A stretch of DNA of 61,337 nt, from contig JAYSYX010000377.1 of the NCBI GenBank assembly GCA_043727235.1, positions 1-61,337 of the forward strand, given 5' to 3'. Positions 53,697-61,337 of the stretch are shown in pieces. The stretch's first letter is position 1. Each line of letters starts with the position of its first letter. The position numbers and the translations under genes are program-made. The notes beneath the pieces are model-generated. The model was not told where the DNA came from. It was given only the letters and a program-made list of their open reading frames with translations, and did not search any database. Origin of the DNA: Bacteroidota bacterium. GTDB lineage: Bacteria > Bacteroidota > Bacteroidia > Chitinophagales > BACL12.

Positions 53697-54488
53697 ATGA
53701 AAAAAATTTTGCTACTTTTATTTCAATTTATCTTTTTAACAGGTTTTTGCCAAGTGGAGGACGATACGCATTATGATTTAAAATATAAATTGATTAATGA
53801 TAGTCTGGTTTATAAATTTAACAAAGTTCCTACAGATTTTGATTCCATTATGAACGGGGAAAAATCATTAGGTGAGGATTGGGATTGGGCTATAAAAACC
53901 GGCTACGAGCGGTATGTGAAAAATAATTATTATATTATAAAAAATGATGGTAATTATTTTAAAATTAAATCAACAATAGCAACTGATTCATTAACCTTTC
54001 CCGAGGCTTTAAATATCTATGAATTTTATATTGACGAAAGGGGAAATAATTATTCAATATATTTAAGCACTGAAATCGATATGATCTGTGGTTTTATTTT
54101 CAGGCTCCCTGAAAAGAGTGTTAAAATTGGCGATACGTGGAAAACTGAGGTGGATGATATGTCACTGGGCGGATATATTTTAAAAGATTCGTTTTTATTA
54201 AAAGACGAAATAAAACTTACGCAAGTAACAAAAATCAATGATGAATTAATTGCTACAATTACTTACAATTATTTCTTTTATTTTTCAGGAAACGTGAATG
54301 GCGAAGAAAATGAAATAATTACAAACTATGTGGGAGAAGGTTCATTTTCAATTTCGGAAGGGAGGTGGTTGAGCAATAAAGGTATATATACAGCAAAAAT
54401 GTCGGGGCTACCAGATGGGGCAATAGGCTATGAATTGCATGAAGTGAATGAAGTGCCGACAAACCTATACCAGCTTGAAAAACAATGA
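53697..54488 (+). CDS. Hypothetical secreted protein
   Basis: 263 aa with a signal peptide (MKKILLLLFQFIFLTGFCQ). I recognise no family. The coding call rests on ORF length and the N-terminal signal. Confidence 0.5.
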   Translation: MKKILLLLFQFIFLTGFCQVEDDTHYDLKYKLINDSLVYKFNKVPTDFDSIMNGEKSLGEDWDWAIKTGYERYVKNNYYIIKNDGNYFKIKSTIATDSLTFPEALNIYEFYIDERGNNYSIYLSTEIDMICGFIFRLPEKSVKIGDTWKTEVDDMSLGGYILKDSFLLKDEIKLTQVTKINDELIATITYNYFFYFSGNVNGEENEIITNYVGEGSFSISEGRWLSNKGIYTAKMSGLPDGAIGYELHEVNEVPTNLYQLEKQ

Positions 54489-54865
54489 GGGTGGTTTTTA
54501 AGTTTGACCTTCCATATACAGAGACAAGAATTTGAAATACGCACTCCATATTAAATCACTTCTCTTCGGTGTATCTATAAGTGATGTTCTCGGAGTTCCT
54601 GTCCAATTTGTCCGTTTTGCAATCAGACGCAGAAATAACATTCATCTAATCGGACTTTTAATGGAATGAACTATTCAGAAAGGATGTTATTTAAAATCGA
54701 TAATTTTAAGTATAGAATCTAATTGAATTATGTATTGTTATTCATTCACAATCTGCTTTTTCGCTAATTTGTGCATGATTTACCATTCAATTAAAAATTG
54801 CATTTTCAAACTTTATATCTTATATTTGTACGGTAATTCATTCATAATACCTAAAATTCACTATA

Positions 54866-55210
54866 ATGACTGATATATCATACAAAGATTGGGATGCAAT
54901 GAGTGATAGAGCTTTATCTGAGCATTTAGGTGCTTTTATTAAACATCACAGGATGGAGCAAAACAAAACCCAGGGTACTTTAGCAAAAGAGGCGGGTGTA
55001 AGCAGATCTACTTTGAGTTTATTGGAACGTGGTGAAACAGTAACGTTAGCAACGTTAATTCAGGTTTTGAGGGTATTGGATCAACTTCAGGTGATGGAGG
55101 CTTTTAATGTTCAACATATAATAAGTCCTTTAGCATTACTTAAAATGGAAAAGAATAAACGGAAAAGAGCCAGAGGTAAAAATGATTTGAAGGATAAAGA
55201 AAATTGGTAA
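54866..55210 (+). CDS. hipB: HTH (XRE-family) antitoxin HipB
   Basis: 114 aa. The HTH QGTLAKEAGVSRSTLSLLERGE lies immediately upstream of hipA, with a 9-nt gap. Confidence 0.8.
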   Translation: MTDISYKDWDAMSDRALSEHLGAFIKHHRMEQNKTQGTLAKEAGVSRSTLSLLERGETVTLATLIQVLRVLDQLQVMEAFNVQHIISPLALLKMEKNKRKRARGKNDLKDKENW

Positions 55211-55219
55211 AATTTTAAT

Positions 55220-56524
55220 ATGGAATTAGCCGAAGTAAAAATTTGGGGTGAACTTGTGGGCGTAGTAGCGTGGGATGAAAAATCCGGTTTGGCGGCTTTT
55301 GAGTATGACACAAAATTTAAAAAGTTAAATTGGGATCTGTCACCTTTAAAAATGCCTGTCAATTCTTCTAAAAATATATTTCAATTCAGGGAATTGCGTA
55401 AAAATTTAAATGATGAATTTGATACATTTAAAGGATTGCCGGGTTTATTGGCAGATGCCTTGCCTGACAAATATGGCAATCAACTCATCAATATGTGGTT
55501 AGCACAGTCAGGTCGGAAACAAGATAGTATGAACCCGGTTGAAATGCTCTGTTTTATTGGAAGCAGAGGAATGGGTGCACTCGAATTTGAACCGGCAACT
55601 TTTAAGGAAAATCAAAAAACATTTTCTGTAGAAATAGATAGCCTTGTCGATATTTCACAAAAAATTTTATCCGATAAAAAATCCTTTCGCAGCAACCTGC
55701 TAAAAGATGATGAAAAAGCCATTATGGAAATATTAAAAATAGGTACTTCTGCAGGTGGAGCCAGACCAAAAGCATTAATTGCCTATAACGAAAAAACCGG
55801 TGATGTGAAGTCGGGCCAAACAAAAGCCCCAATTGGTTTTGAGCATTGGTTAATTAAATTAGATAGTGTAAGTGAAGTGCAATTAGGTGTGAGCAATGGA
55901 TACGGACGGGTGGAGATGGCTTATTATAATATGGCTGTTGATTGTGGTATTTATATGATGCCATCCAGACTATTGGAAGAAAACGGCAGAGCGCATTTCA
56001 TGACGAAACGATTTGATAGAGAAGGTGGAGATATCAAACACCATATTCAAACATTTTGTGCTTTAAAACATTTTGATTTTAATCTTGTAAACAGCTTTAG
56101 CTACGAACAATTATTTCAAACTATGCGACAATTGAAATTGAATTATCAGGATGCAGAACAAATGTTCCGCCGTATGGTTTTTAATGTAATAGCCCGAAAT
56201 TGCGACGACCATACTAAAAACTTTTCATTCAGATTAAAAAAGGAAGGTAAATGGGAATTAGCACCTGCTTATGATATTTGTCATGCTTATCGCCCAGGAA
56301 GTGAATGGGTGAGTCAACACTCCTTAAGTATTAATAACAAACGAAAAGATTTTACAAAAGAAGACCTCATGATAATTGGCAAATCAATAAATCACAAAAA
56401 AGCATCCTATACTATAGAAGAAATAATTGATACGGTCAAACAATGGAAAAAATACGCCAATGCCGTACAAGTTAATCCAAAATTGCGCGATGCAATTAGT
56501 AAAACATTGGTAGACCTAAAATAG
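55220..56524 (+). CDS. hipA: HipA-family serine/threonine kinase toxin
   Basis: 434 aa. HipA N-terminal couple domain (VWGELVGVV..FEYD), GLPGLLADALPDKYG, GTSAGGARPKA, catalytic ARNCDDHTKNFSF, APAYDI. Confidence 0.9.
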   Translation: MELAEVKIWGELVGVVAWDEKSGLAAFEYDTKFKKLNWDLSPLKMPVNSSKNIFQFRELRKNLNDEFDTFKGLPGLLADALPDKYGNQLINMWLAQSGRKQDSMNPVEMLCFIGSRGMGALEFEPATFKENQKTFSVEIDSLVDISQKILSDKKSFRSNLLKDDEKAIMEILKIGTSAGGARPKALIAYNEKTGDVKSGQTKAPIGFEHWLIKLDSVSEVQLGVSNGYGRVEMAYYNMAVDCGIYMMPSRLLEENGRAHFMTKRFDREGGDIKHHIQTFCALKHFDFNLVNSFSYEQLFQTMRQLKLNYQDAEQMFRRMVFNVIARNCDDHTKNFSFRLKKEGKWELAPAYDICHAYRPGSEWVSQHSLSINNKRKDFTKEDLMIIGKSINHKKASYTIEEIIDTVKQWKKYANAVQVNPKLRDAISKTLVDLK

Positions 56525-56671
56525 AATTAAGATAAATAGCAATATTTTTAGTTGGTTATCCTAACAAATTAACTCAAAGTCGGCAGTGTTAAATTTCCTG
56601 CTGTTCAATATTACATTTTATTGACCATTCTAAATATAAAAAGGACGAAAATTAATCGGGTGAATTCGATT

Positions 56672-56787
56672 GGCTGTTAATTGGTACATCGGTACATTAT
56701 TCCGGCTGTTCCCGTCGGTAGACGGGCAGGCCATTGGTATCCGTCAAAAGCCGGACAGGCATTGGTACATTTTTTACCATTGGTATA
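56672..56787 (+). repeat. Word array attggta(c/t) x5 with embedded 6-bp hairpin cccgtc-ggta-gacggg
   Basis: ggctgttaattggtacatcggtacatt at 56672..56698, with further attggta words at 56733, 56761 and 56779. It ends at the purF stop. Confidence 0.7.
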
Positions 56788-58686
56788 TTAATAAGCTCTC
56801 ACATCTTTCTTCTCCACAAAATTCATAAACGCCTTATTCGCAACCTTATTTCCACCCGGAGTCGGATAGTTGCCGGTAAAATACCAATCGCCTAAATTTT
56901 TTGGAACGGCGAGATGGAGATTGTCTACAGTTTGATAAATTACTTCCACCTCTGCTTTTATTGTTGGAGCTTTTACGATGGAGGCAATTTTTGCGGAAAT
57001 TTGTTCTTCGGTAAATTGATCGTAAAGTTTTTTTACAGCGTTGTAAGTTTTTTCGTTCGGCAGTTTATTTACTACTTTACATTCTTCGTACACTTCATTT
57101 ACCAGATGTTCTTTTCCGGCCTCTTTTAATAATTCCATCATTGCGCGGAAGGCAACAAAATCTCCCATTTTACTCATGTCGATTCCGTAACAATCGGGAT
57201 AACGAATTTGTGGAGCGGAAGAAACTATGATTATTTTTTTAGGATGTAATCTATCTAAAATTGCAATGATACTTTGTCGCAACGTTGTTCCTCTTACGAT
57301 GGAATCATCCAACAAAACGATAGTGTCTTTACTGTCATTAACCTGACCGTAGGTAACATCGTATACATGACTCACAAGATCAGTTCTGTCGTGATCGTTG
57401 GTGATGAAGGTGCGCAGTTTTACATCTTTTAATGCGAGTTTTTCTACACGTGGTCTGAGACTTAATATTTTTTGTATGGCTTCAATATTTTTGTTGCCAT
57501 TTAATTTATTTATTTCTTCTGCCTTATGAACTGCGAGATGTTCTTCAATACCTTTTATTAATCCATAGAATGCAATTTCTGCAGTATTAGGAATAAACGA
57601 AAAAATTGTATTTTCGAAATCGTAATTAACAGCTTTTAAAACTTTATCAGTTAATACACGACCGAGATTTTTTCTTTCCTCATAAATTTCTTTATCATTC
57701 CCTCTTGAAAAATAAATCCTTTCAAAAGAGCAGGAAAGTTTGGTTCCCTGAGGTGTGCACATCGCTTCACGAACCGTTCCCTTTTTTTTAATAATTAATG
57801 CGTGACCGGGAGTCAGTTCTTTTACTTCCTCAAATGGCACATCAAAGGTGGTCATAATTGCGGGACGTTCACTTGCTGCAACTACTACTTCATCATCCTG
57901 ATAATAATATAAGGGGCGAATACCATTCGGATCGCGCAATACAAATGCATCTCCGTGTCCGAACATGCCAGTCATAGCGTATCCCCCTTCAAAATCTTTT
58001 GCAGAGCGTGCTAAAATTCTCTGCACATCAAGATCGCTTGCAATTAATTGTGTTAATGTTTTATTGTCGTGATATTCTTTTCTATCATCAAATAAATTCT
58101 GTACCTCGTCATCCAGAAAGTGACCGATCTTTTCCATTACGGTAACAGTATCTACAAATTGTGTTGGATGTTGTCCTAATTCTAATAATTGTTGAAATAA
58201 CTCGTCGTTATTCACCATATTAAAATTACCGGCAAGTACAAGATTTCGCGTCATCCAGTTGTTTTCGCGAACAAAGGGGTGACAACTATCTATATCATTT
58301 CTTCCATACGTTCCATAACGCAAATGTCCCATTAATACCTCACCGGTAAAGGGCACATTTTTTTTCATCCAATCAGTATTATTGTAGAGCTCCGGATTTT
58401 TTTTCTGGATCTTGCGTGTTTTTTTAAAAATATCTTCAAAAATATCCTTTATGGCAGTGGGAGAAATACTTCTTCTTCTATCCAAAAATTTATACCCCGG
58501 TGGCAGATCAATTTTAATTGTCGCAATACCAGCTCCATCTTGTCCCCTATTGTGTTCCTTTTCCATAAGGAGATACAATTTATTCAAACCGTACAGTGGA
58601 GTTCCATATTTTTTATGGTAGTAGGAGAGTGGCTTTAATAATCGAATGAGGGCAATGCCGCATTCATGCTTAATGTTATCGCTCAC
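56788..58686 (-). CDS. purF: Amidophosphoribosyltransferase (long Bacteroidota-type)
   Basis: 632 aa. N-terminal nucleophile context HECGIALIRL, GQDGAGIA, GHLRYGT, and PRTase loop VLLDDSIVRGTT. Confidence 0.9.
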   Translation of the reverse strand: MSDNIKHECGIALIRLLKPLSYYHKKYGTPLYGLNKLYLLMEKEHNRGQDGAGIATIKIDLPPGYKFLDRRRSISPTAIKDIFEDIFKKTRKIQKKNPELYNNTDWMKKNVPFTGEVLMGHLRYGTYGRNDIDSCHPFVRENNWMTRNLVLAGNFNMVNNDELFQQLLELGQHPTQFVDTVTVMEKIGHFLDDEVQNLFDDRKEYHDNKTLTQLIASDLDVQRILARSAKDFEGGYAMTGMFGHGDAFVLRDPNGIRPLYYYQDDEVVVAASERPAIMTTFDVPFEEVKELTPGHALIIKKKGTVREAMCTPQGTKLSCSFERIYFSRGNDKEIYEERKNLGRVLTDKVLKAVNYDFENTIFSFIPNTAEIAFYGLIKGIEEHLAVHKAEEINKLNGNKNIEAIQKILSLRPRVEKLALKDVKLRTFITNDHDRTDLVSHVYDVTYGQVNDSKDTIVLLDDSIVRGTTLRQSIIAILDRLHPKKIIIVSSAPQIRYPDCYGIDMSKMGDFVAFRAMMELLKEAGKEHLVNEVYEECKVVNKLPNEKTYNAVKKLYDQFTEEQISAKIASIVKAPTIKAEVEVIYQTVDNLHLAVPKNLGDWYFTGNYPTPGGNKVANKAFMNFVEKKDVRAY

Positions 58687-58746
58687 GTAATATATTTCTT
58701 TCTGAAGTGCAAAGTTAAGCTATTTAATGAGAGCAATCTGATATAT

Positions 58747-58802
58747 GAAGAATCGAAGGGAGAAGAATCGAAGGGAGAAGATTCGAAGGGAGAAGATTAG
58801 GG
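58747..58802 (+). repeat. 15-nt tandem repeat gaaga(a/t)tcgaaggga x3.7
   Basis: Units at 58747, 58762, 58777 and 58792 (the last partial), followed by ggaagg/aaaaagg words to about 58860. Confidence 0.85.
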
Positions 58803-58900
58803 TTCTAAGGAAAAAAAGGAAGGAAGGGTGTTTAAAGGAAGAAAAAGGGAAAAAAGGAGGTATAATTGTCAATGTTCAGGAATTATAAGTCAAGAGAACC

Positions 58901-58995
58901 AACATTCGGCTGACGAGGGGCATACTCATCACTCATTACTCATTTCTTGATGCATCGTCAGATCTCCAATCGCAGCGATACTCACTATTCACAAC
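58901..58995 (-). repeat. Dispersed intergenic element, copy B (inverted relative to 39941..40050)
   Basis: Its reverse complement reads gaatagtgagtatcgctgcgattggagatctgacgatgcatcaagaaatgagtaatgagtgatgag...gccgaatgtt, which matches copy A. Confidence 0.7.
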
Positions 58996-59002
58996 CACCA
59001 TT

Positions 59003-59968
59003 TCAAAGCATTCCCCTGATCAAATCATCCACCCCAATTCCATCCGCTTCAGCTTTGTAGTTGCGAACGATACGATGACGGAGAACAGGGAGAGCTACGG
59101 CTTTTACATCTTCTATATCTGGAGAATATTTTCCACTTATTGCTGCATGACATTTTGCTCCAAGAACCAAATATTGTGATGCACGTGGTCCTGCACCCCA
59201 GCTTAAATATTGAGTGGCTTTTGCATCCGCGTTTTTTGTATTTGGCCTTGTTTTGGAAGCCAACATTACTGCGTAATTTAATACATTATCTGCAATTGGA
59301 ATTCTTCTTATAACATGCTGATAATACATGATCTCCTCAGCACCGATAATTTTATTGAGTTCTGTTTTTTTATCAGATGTTGTGGATTTTACAACTTGTA
59401 TCTCTGCATCAAAATCGGGATAATCAAGATTGATCTCAAACATAAAACGATCGAGTTGTGCCTCAGGCAAGGGATAAGTTCCTTCCTGCTCTATCGGGTT
59501 TTGTGTCGCTAAAACAAAAAATGGTAATTCCAGTTTATGCAATGTTCCGCCAATGGTCACATTTTTTTCCTGCATAGCCTCCAATAATGCAGCCTGTGTT
59601 TTAGGAGGTGTTCGGTTGATCTCATCCGCAAGAATAATATTTGCAAAAACAGGTCCCTTAATAAATTTAAAGGTTCTGTTCTCATCCAATATTTCATTAC
59701 CCGTAATATCACTCGGCATAAGATCCGGTGTGAACTGTATACGTTTAAAGGAAAGATGTAAAACATCCGCAATGGTCTTTATTAATAATGTTTTTGCCAA
59801 TCCGGGAACTCCAACCAATAAACTATGGCCATCAGAAAAAATACTTAATAATACTTTTTGTACCACATCATCCTGTCCTATAATTACTTTTCCGATCTCG
59901 GTTTTTAACGACCTGAAATCGGTTGCTAGCGAGTCGATGGCTTCCACATCATTTTTAAATTCTTTCAT
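59003..59968 (-). CDS. Second MoxR-family AAA+ ATPase
   Basis: 321 aa. LLVGVPGLAKT, RIQFTPDLMPSDITG, ILADEINRTPPKTQAALLE, VLATQNPIEQEGTYPLPEAQLDRF. Confidence 0.9.
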   Translation of the reverse strand: MKEFKNDVEAIDSLATDFRSLKTEIGKVIIGQDDVVQKVLLSIFSDGHSLLVGVPGLAKTLLIKTIADVLHLSFKRIQFTPDLMPSDITGNEILDENRTFKFIKGPVFANIILADEINRTPPKTQAALLEAMQEKNVTIGGTLHKLELPFFVLATQNPIEQEGTYPLPEAQLDRFMFEINLDYPDFDAEIQVVKSTTSDKKTELNKIIGAEEIMYYQHVIRRIPIADNVLNYAVMLASKTRPNTKNADAKATQYLSWGAGPRASQYLVLGAKCHAAISGKYSPDIEDVKAVALPVLRHRIVRNYKAEADGIGVDDLIRGML

Positions 59969-60034
59969 ACCGGTATTTTAAACAAAACAATATAATTTTT
60001 CATAGCAAAAAAAATTAACAGCAAATAACATTAA

Positions 60035-61337
60035 TTAATTTTTTGCAGTATCAATTAATTCGTGTAATTCTTTACAATCGTTGTAGGCAGGATCAATTTT
60101 AATATATTCTTTTTGCGCTTTTTCCTGAACCCATTCGCTCATTACTTCTACTTGTTTTCTCGATAAAGTTGCATTCTGCAATTTGGCATAATCATCTCTT
60201 AAATTAACCACATGCGGAGCTGTTTGAGCATCCAGACGTACTATACGCAATGCTTTTTTGCTGTCGGCAGTGGTGTAGGGTAAAATGCCCGACAATTCTC
60301 CCGGCTTTAAATTTTCAATGGAATAATAATCATCGGGAGCTAATTCTGAAATTTCAAAAGTTGATTCACCTGTTTGTTGATTCACCATAACGCCGCAGGT
60401 CCTGTTAGTATTTTCATCATTGGAATATTTTTTCACTGCATCACAAAAAGAAATTTTCCCTGACATGATTTCCGATCTTATGCTGTCCAATTTTTTATTT
60501 GCGGCAACAAAATTCAAATTAGTTACCGGTGGCATAATTAATATATGACGCAAACAGGCTTTTTCACCCTGACGACTTTCCATTTTAATGATGTGATAAC
60601 CAAACTGTGTTTCTACCACCTCCGAAATCTCCCCGGGTTTTAATTTAAACGCTGCTGCTGAAAATTCTGTAACATATTTTTCACGTGGCGCACAACCCAG
60701 ATCGCCACAATTATCATCCATTGCATAAAAACTTGCCATAGTACAAAAATCCTCACCGGCCATTATGCGTTTTCTGATATCCTCTGCCTTGTCTTTTGCA
60801 ATTTGTTTTTGCTCAGCATTTGCTTTGGGAACAATTACCAGCTGGGAATATTCAACCTCTGCGTTAATAAGTGGAAGTGAATCTTTGGGTATCGTATTAT
60901 AAAATTCTTTTACCTCATTTGGCGAAACCGACATACCACCGAAAATGGATTCCTGCATACGTTGTATCAACAATAAATTGCGTACATCATCCCTGAACTC
61001 CTCTTTAATCTCTTGAACCGACTTGCCATAAAATTCTTCCATTTTTTCCTGCGACCCGAAAAGGTTTTCGAAATAACGGATACGGTTATCAATATTGTTT
61101 TCAACCTCGTCCTCAGTAATTTCAATACTGTCTTTTGCGGCTTGAATCAGCATGAGTTTTTGCGTGATAAGTTCCTGCATAATGCGACAGCGATAATCAT
61201 CAGCAATATCTCCTTTTTGTAATTCCTCATAATAAAAGGATTCTACTTCACTCATTAAAATGATCTTGTCTGCCACTTGTCCCACTATTTTATCAATAAG
61301 CGGTTGTGCGAAACCACTTGTAGAGAATGTAATAACA
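60035..61337 (-). CDS. SurA-like periplasmic chaperone / parvulin-type peptidyl-prolyl isomerase (5' end beyond window)
   Basis: The track ORF begins at a GTG (61285), but the frame stays open to the window end (..VITFSTSGFAQPLIDKIVGQVADKIIL), so the true start is outside the window. Parvulin block: FGYHIIKMESRQG..RHILI. Confidence 0.8.
   Translation of the reverse strand, partial: VITFSTSGFAQPLIDKIVGQVADKIILMSEVESFYYEELQKGDIADDYRCRIMQELITQKLMLIQAAKDSIEITEDEVENNIDNRIRYFENLFGSQEKMEEFYGKSVQEIKEEFRDDVRNLLLIQRMQESIFGGMSVSPNEVKEFYNTIPKDSLPLINAEVEYSQLVIVPKANAEQKQIAKDKAEDIRKRIMAGEDFCTMASFYAMDDNCGDLGCAPREKYVTEFSAAAFKLKPGEISEVVETQFGYHIIKMESRQGEKACLRHILIMPPVTNLNFVAANKKLDSIRSEIMSGKISFCDAVKKYSNDENTNRTCGVMVNQQTGESTFEISELAPDDYYSIENLKPGELSGILPYTTADSKKALRIVRLDAQTAPHVVNLRDDYAKLQNATLSRKQVEVMSEWVQEKAQKEYIKIDPAYNDCKELHELIDTAKN

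Noticed and set aside
1-61337. Search for tRNA, rRNA, tmRNA, transposase or integrase genes, or prophage remnants.
   Set aside because: I could not recognise any cloverleaf-like or rRNA-like sequence or any DDE, tyrosine or serine recombinase motifs in any ORF. The repeat families therefore appear non-autonomous within this window.

Overview
This is an AT-rich, Bacteroidota-type chromosomal window. It carries T9SS C-terminal sorting domains, gldH, the moxR/batA-E aerotolerance operon and rpoN. I saw no rRNA, tRNA, CRISPR array, transposase or integrase. All domain calls come from reading motifs by eye, and hairpin and repeat coordinates are hand-counted (about +/-2 nt).

(1) Sulfatase array, positions 1-24530. 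One co-oriented minus-strand tandem array holds at least ten paralogous genes of about 840 aa (S0-S9; S0 runs off the window). Each encodes:
- a signal peptide;
- an iduronate-2-sulfatase-like family-S1 sulfatase domain with all catalytic landmarks intact;
- an unassigned beta-rich module;
- a PKD-like domain;
- a T9SS C-terminal sorting domain.
Catalytic-domain subtypes and C-terminal-module subtypes are distributed incongruently along the array, which suggests block duplication plus gene conversion. No SusC/D, glycoside hydrolase, regulator or formylglycine maturase lies next to it. This is the main candidate for an undescribed system: a battery of extracellular, T9SS-exported desulfating enzymes.

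(2) Positions 24.5-61.3 kb are mostly housekeeping genes:
- xth, an ankyrin-repeat protein, gldH, a PSP1/RicT-like protein and holB;
- a redox cluster (gpx, queD/PTPS, group III truncated haemoglobin, OsmC);
- a 9-gene moxR-DUF58-DUF4381-batABCDE operon;
- rpoN with a PAP2-like membrane protein;
- a Thermus-type asnS with a coiled-coil insertion;
- a 2OG-Fe(II) oxygenase and an outer-membrane beta-barrel protein;
- a lysyl-oxidase-like T9SS cargo protein;
- korAB;
- two orphan secreted proteins plus hipBA;
- purF, a second moxR-type ATPase and a SurA-like PPIase (partial).

(3) Nearly every intergenic region after 25 kb, including two spacers inside operons, is built from short 7-9 nt words repeated at 8-15 nt periods. 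These flank conserved stem-loops that show compensatory base changes between copies. There are also two tandem arrays of hairpin-forming units, with periods of 138 bp and about 123 bp.
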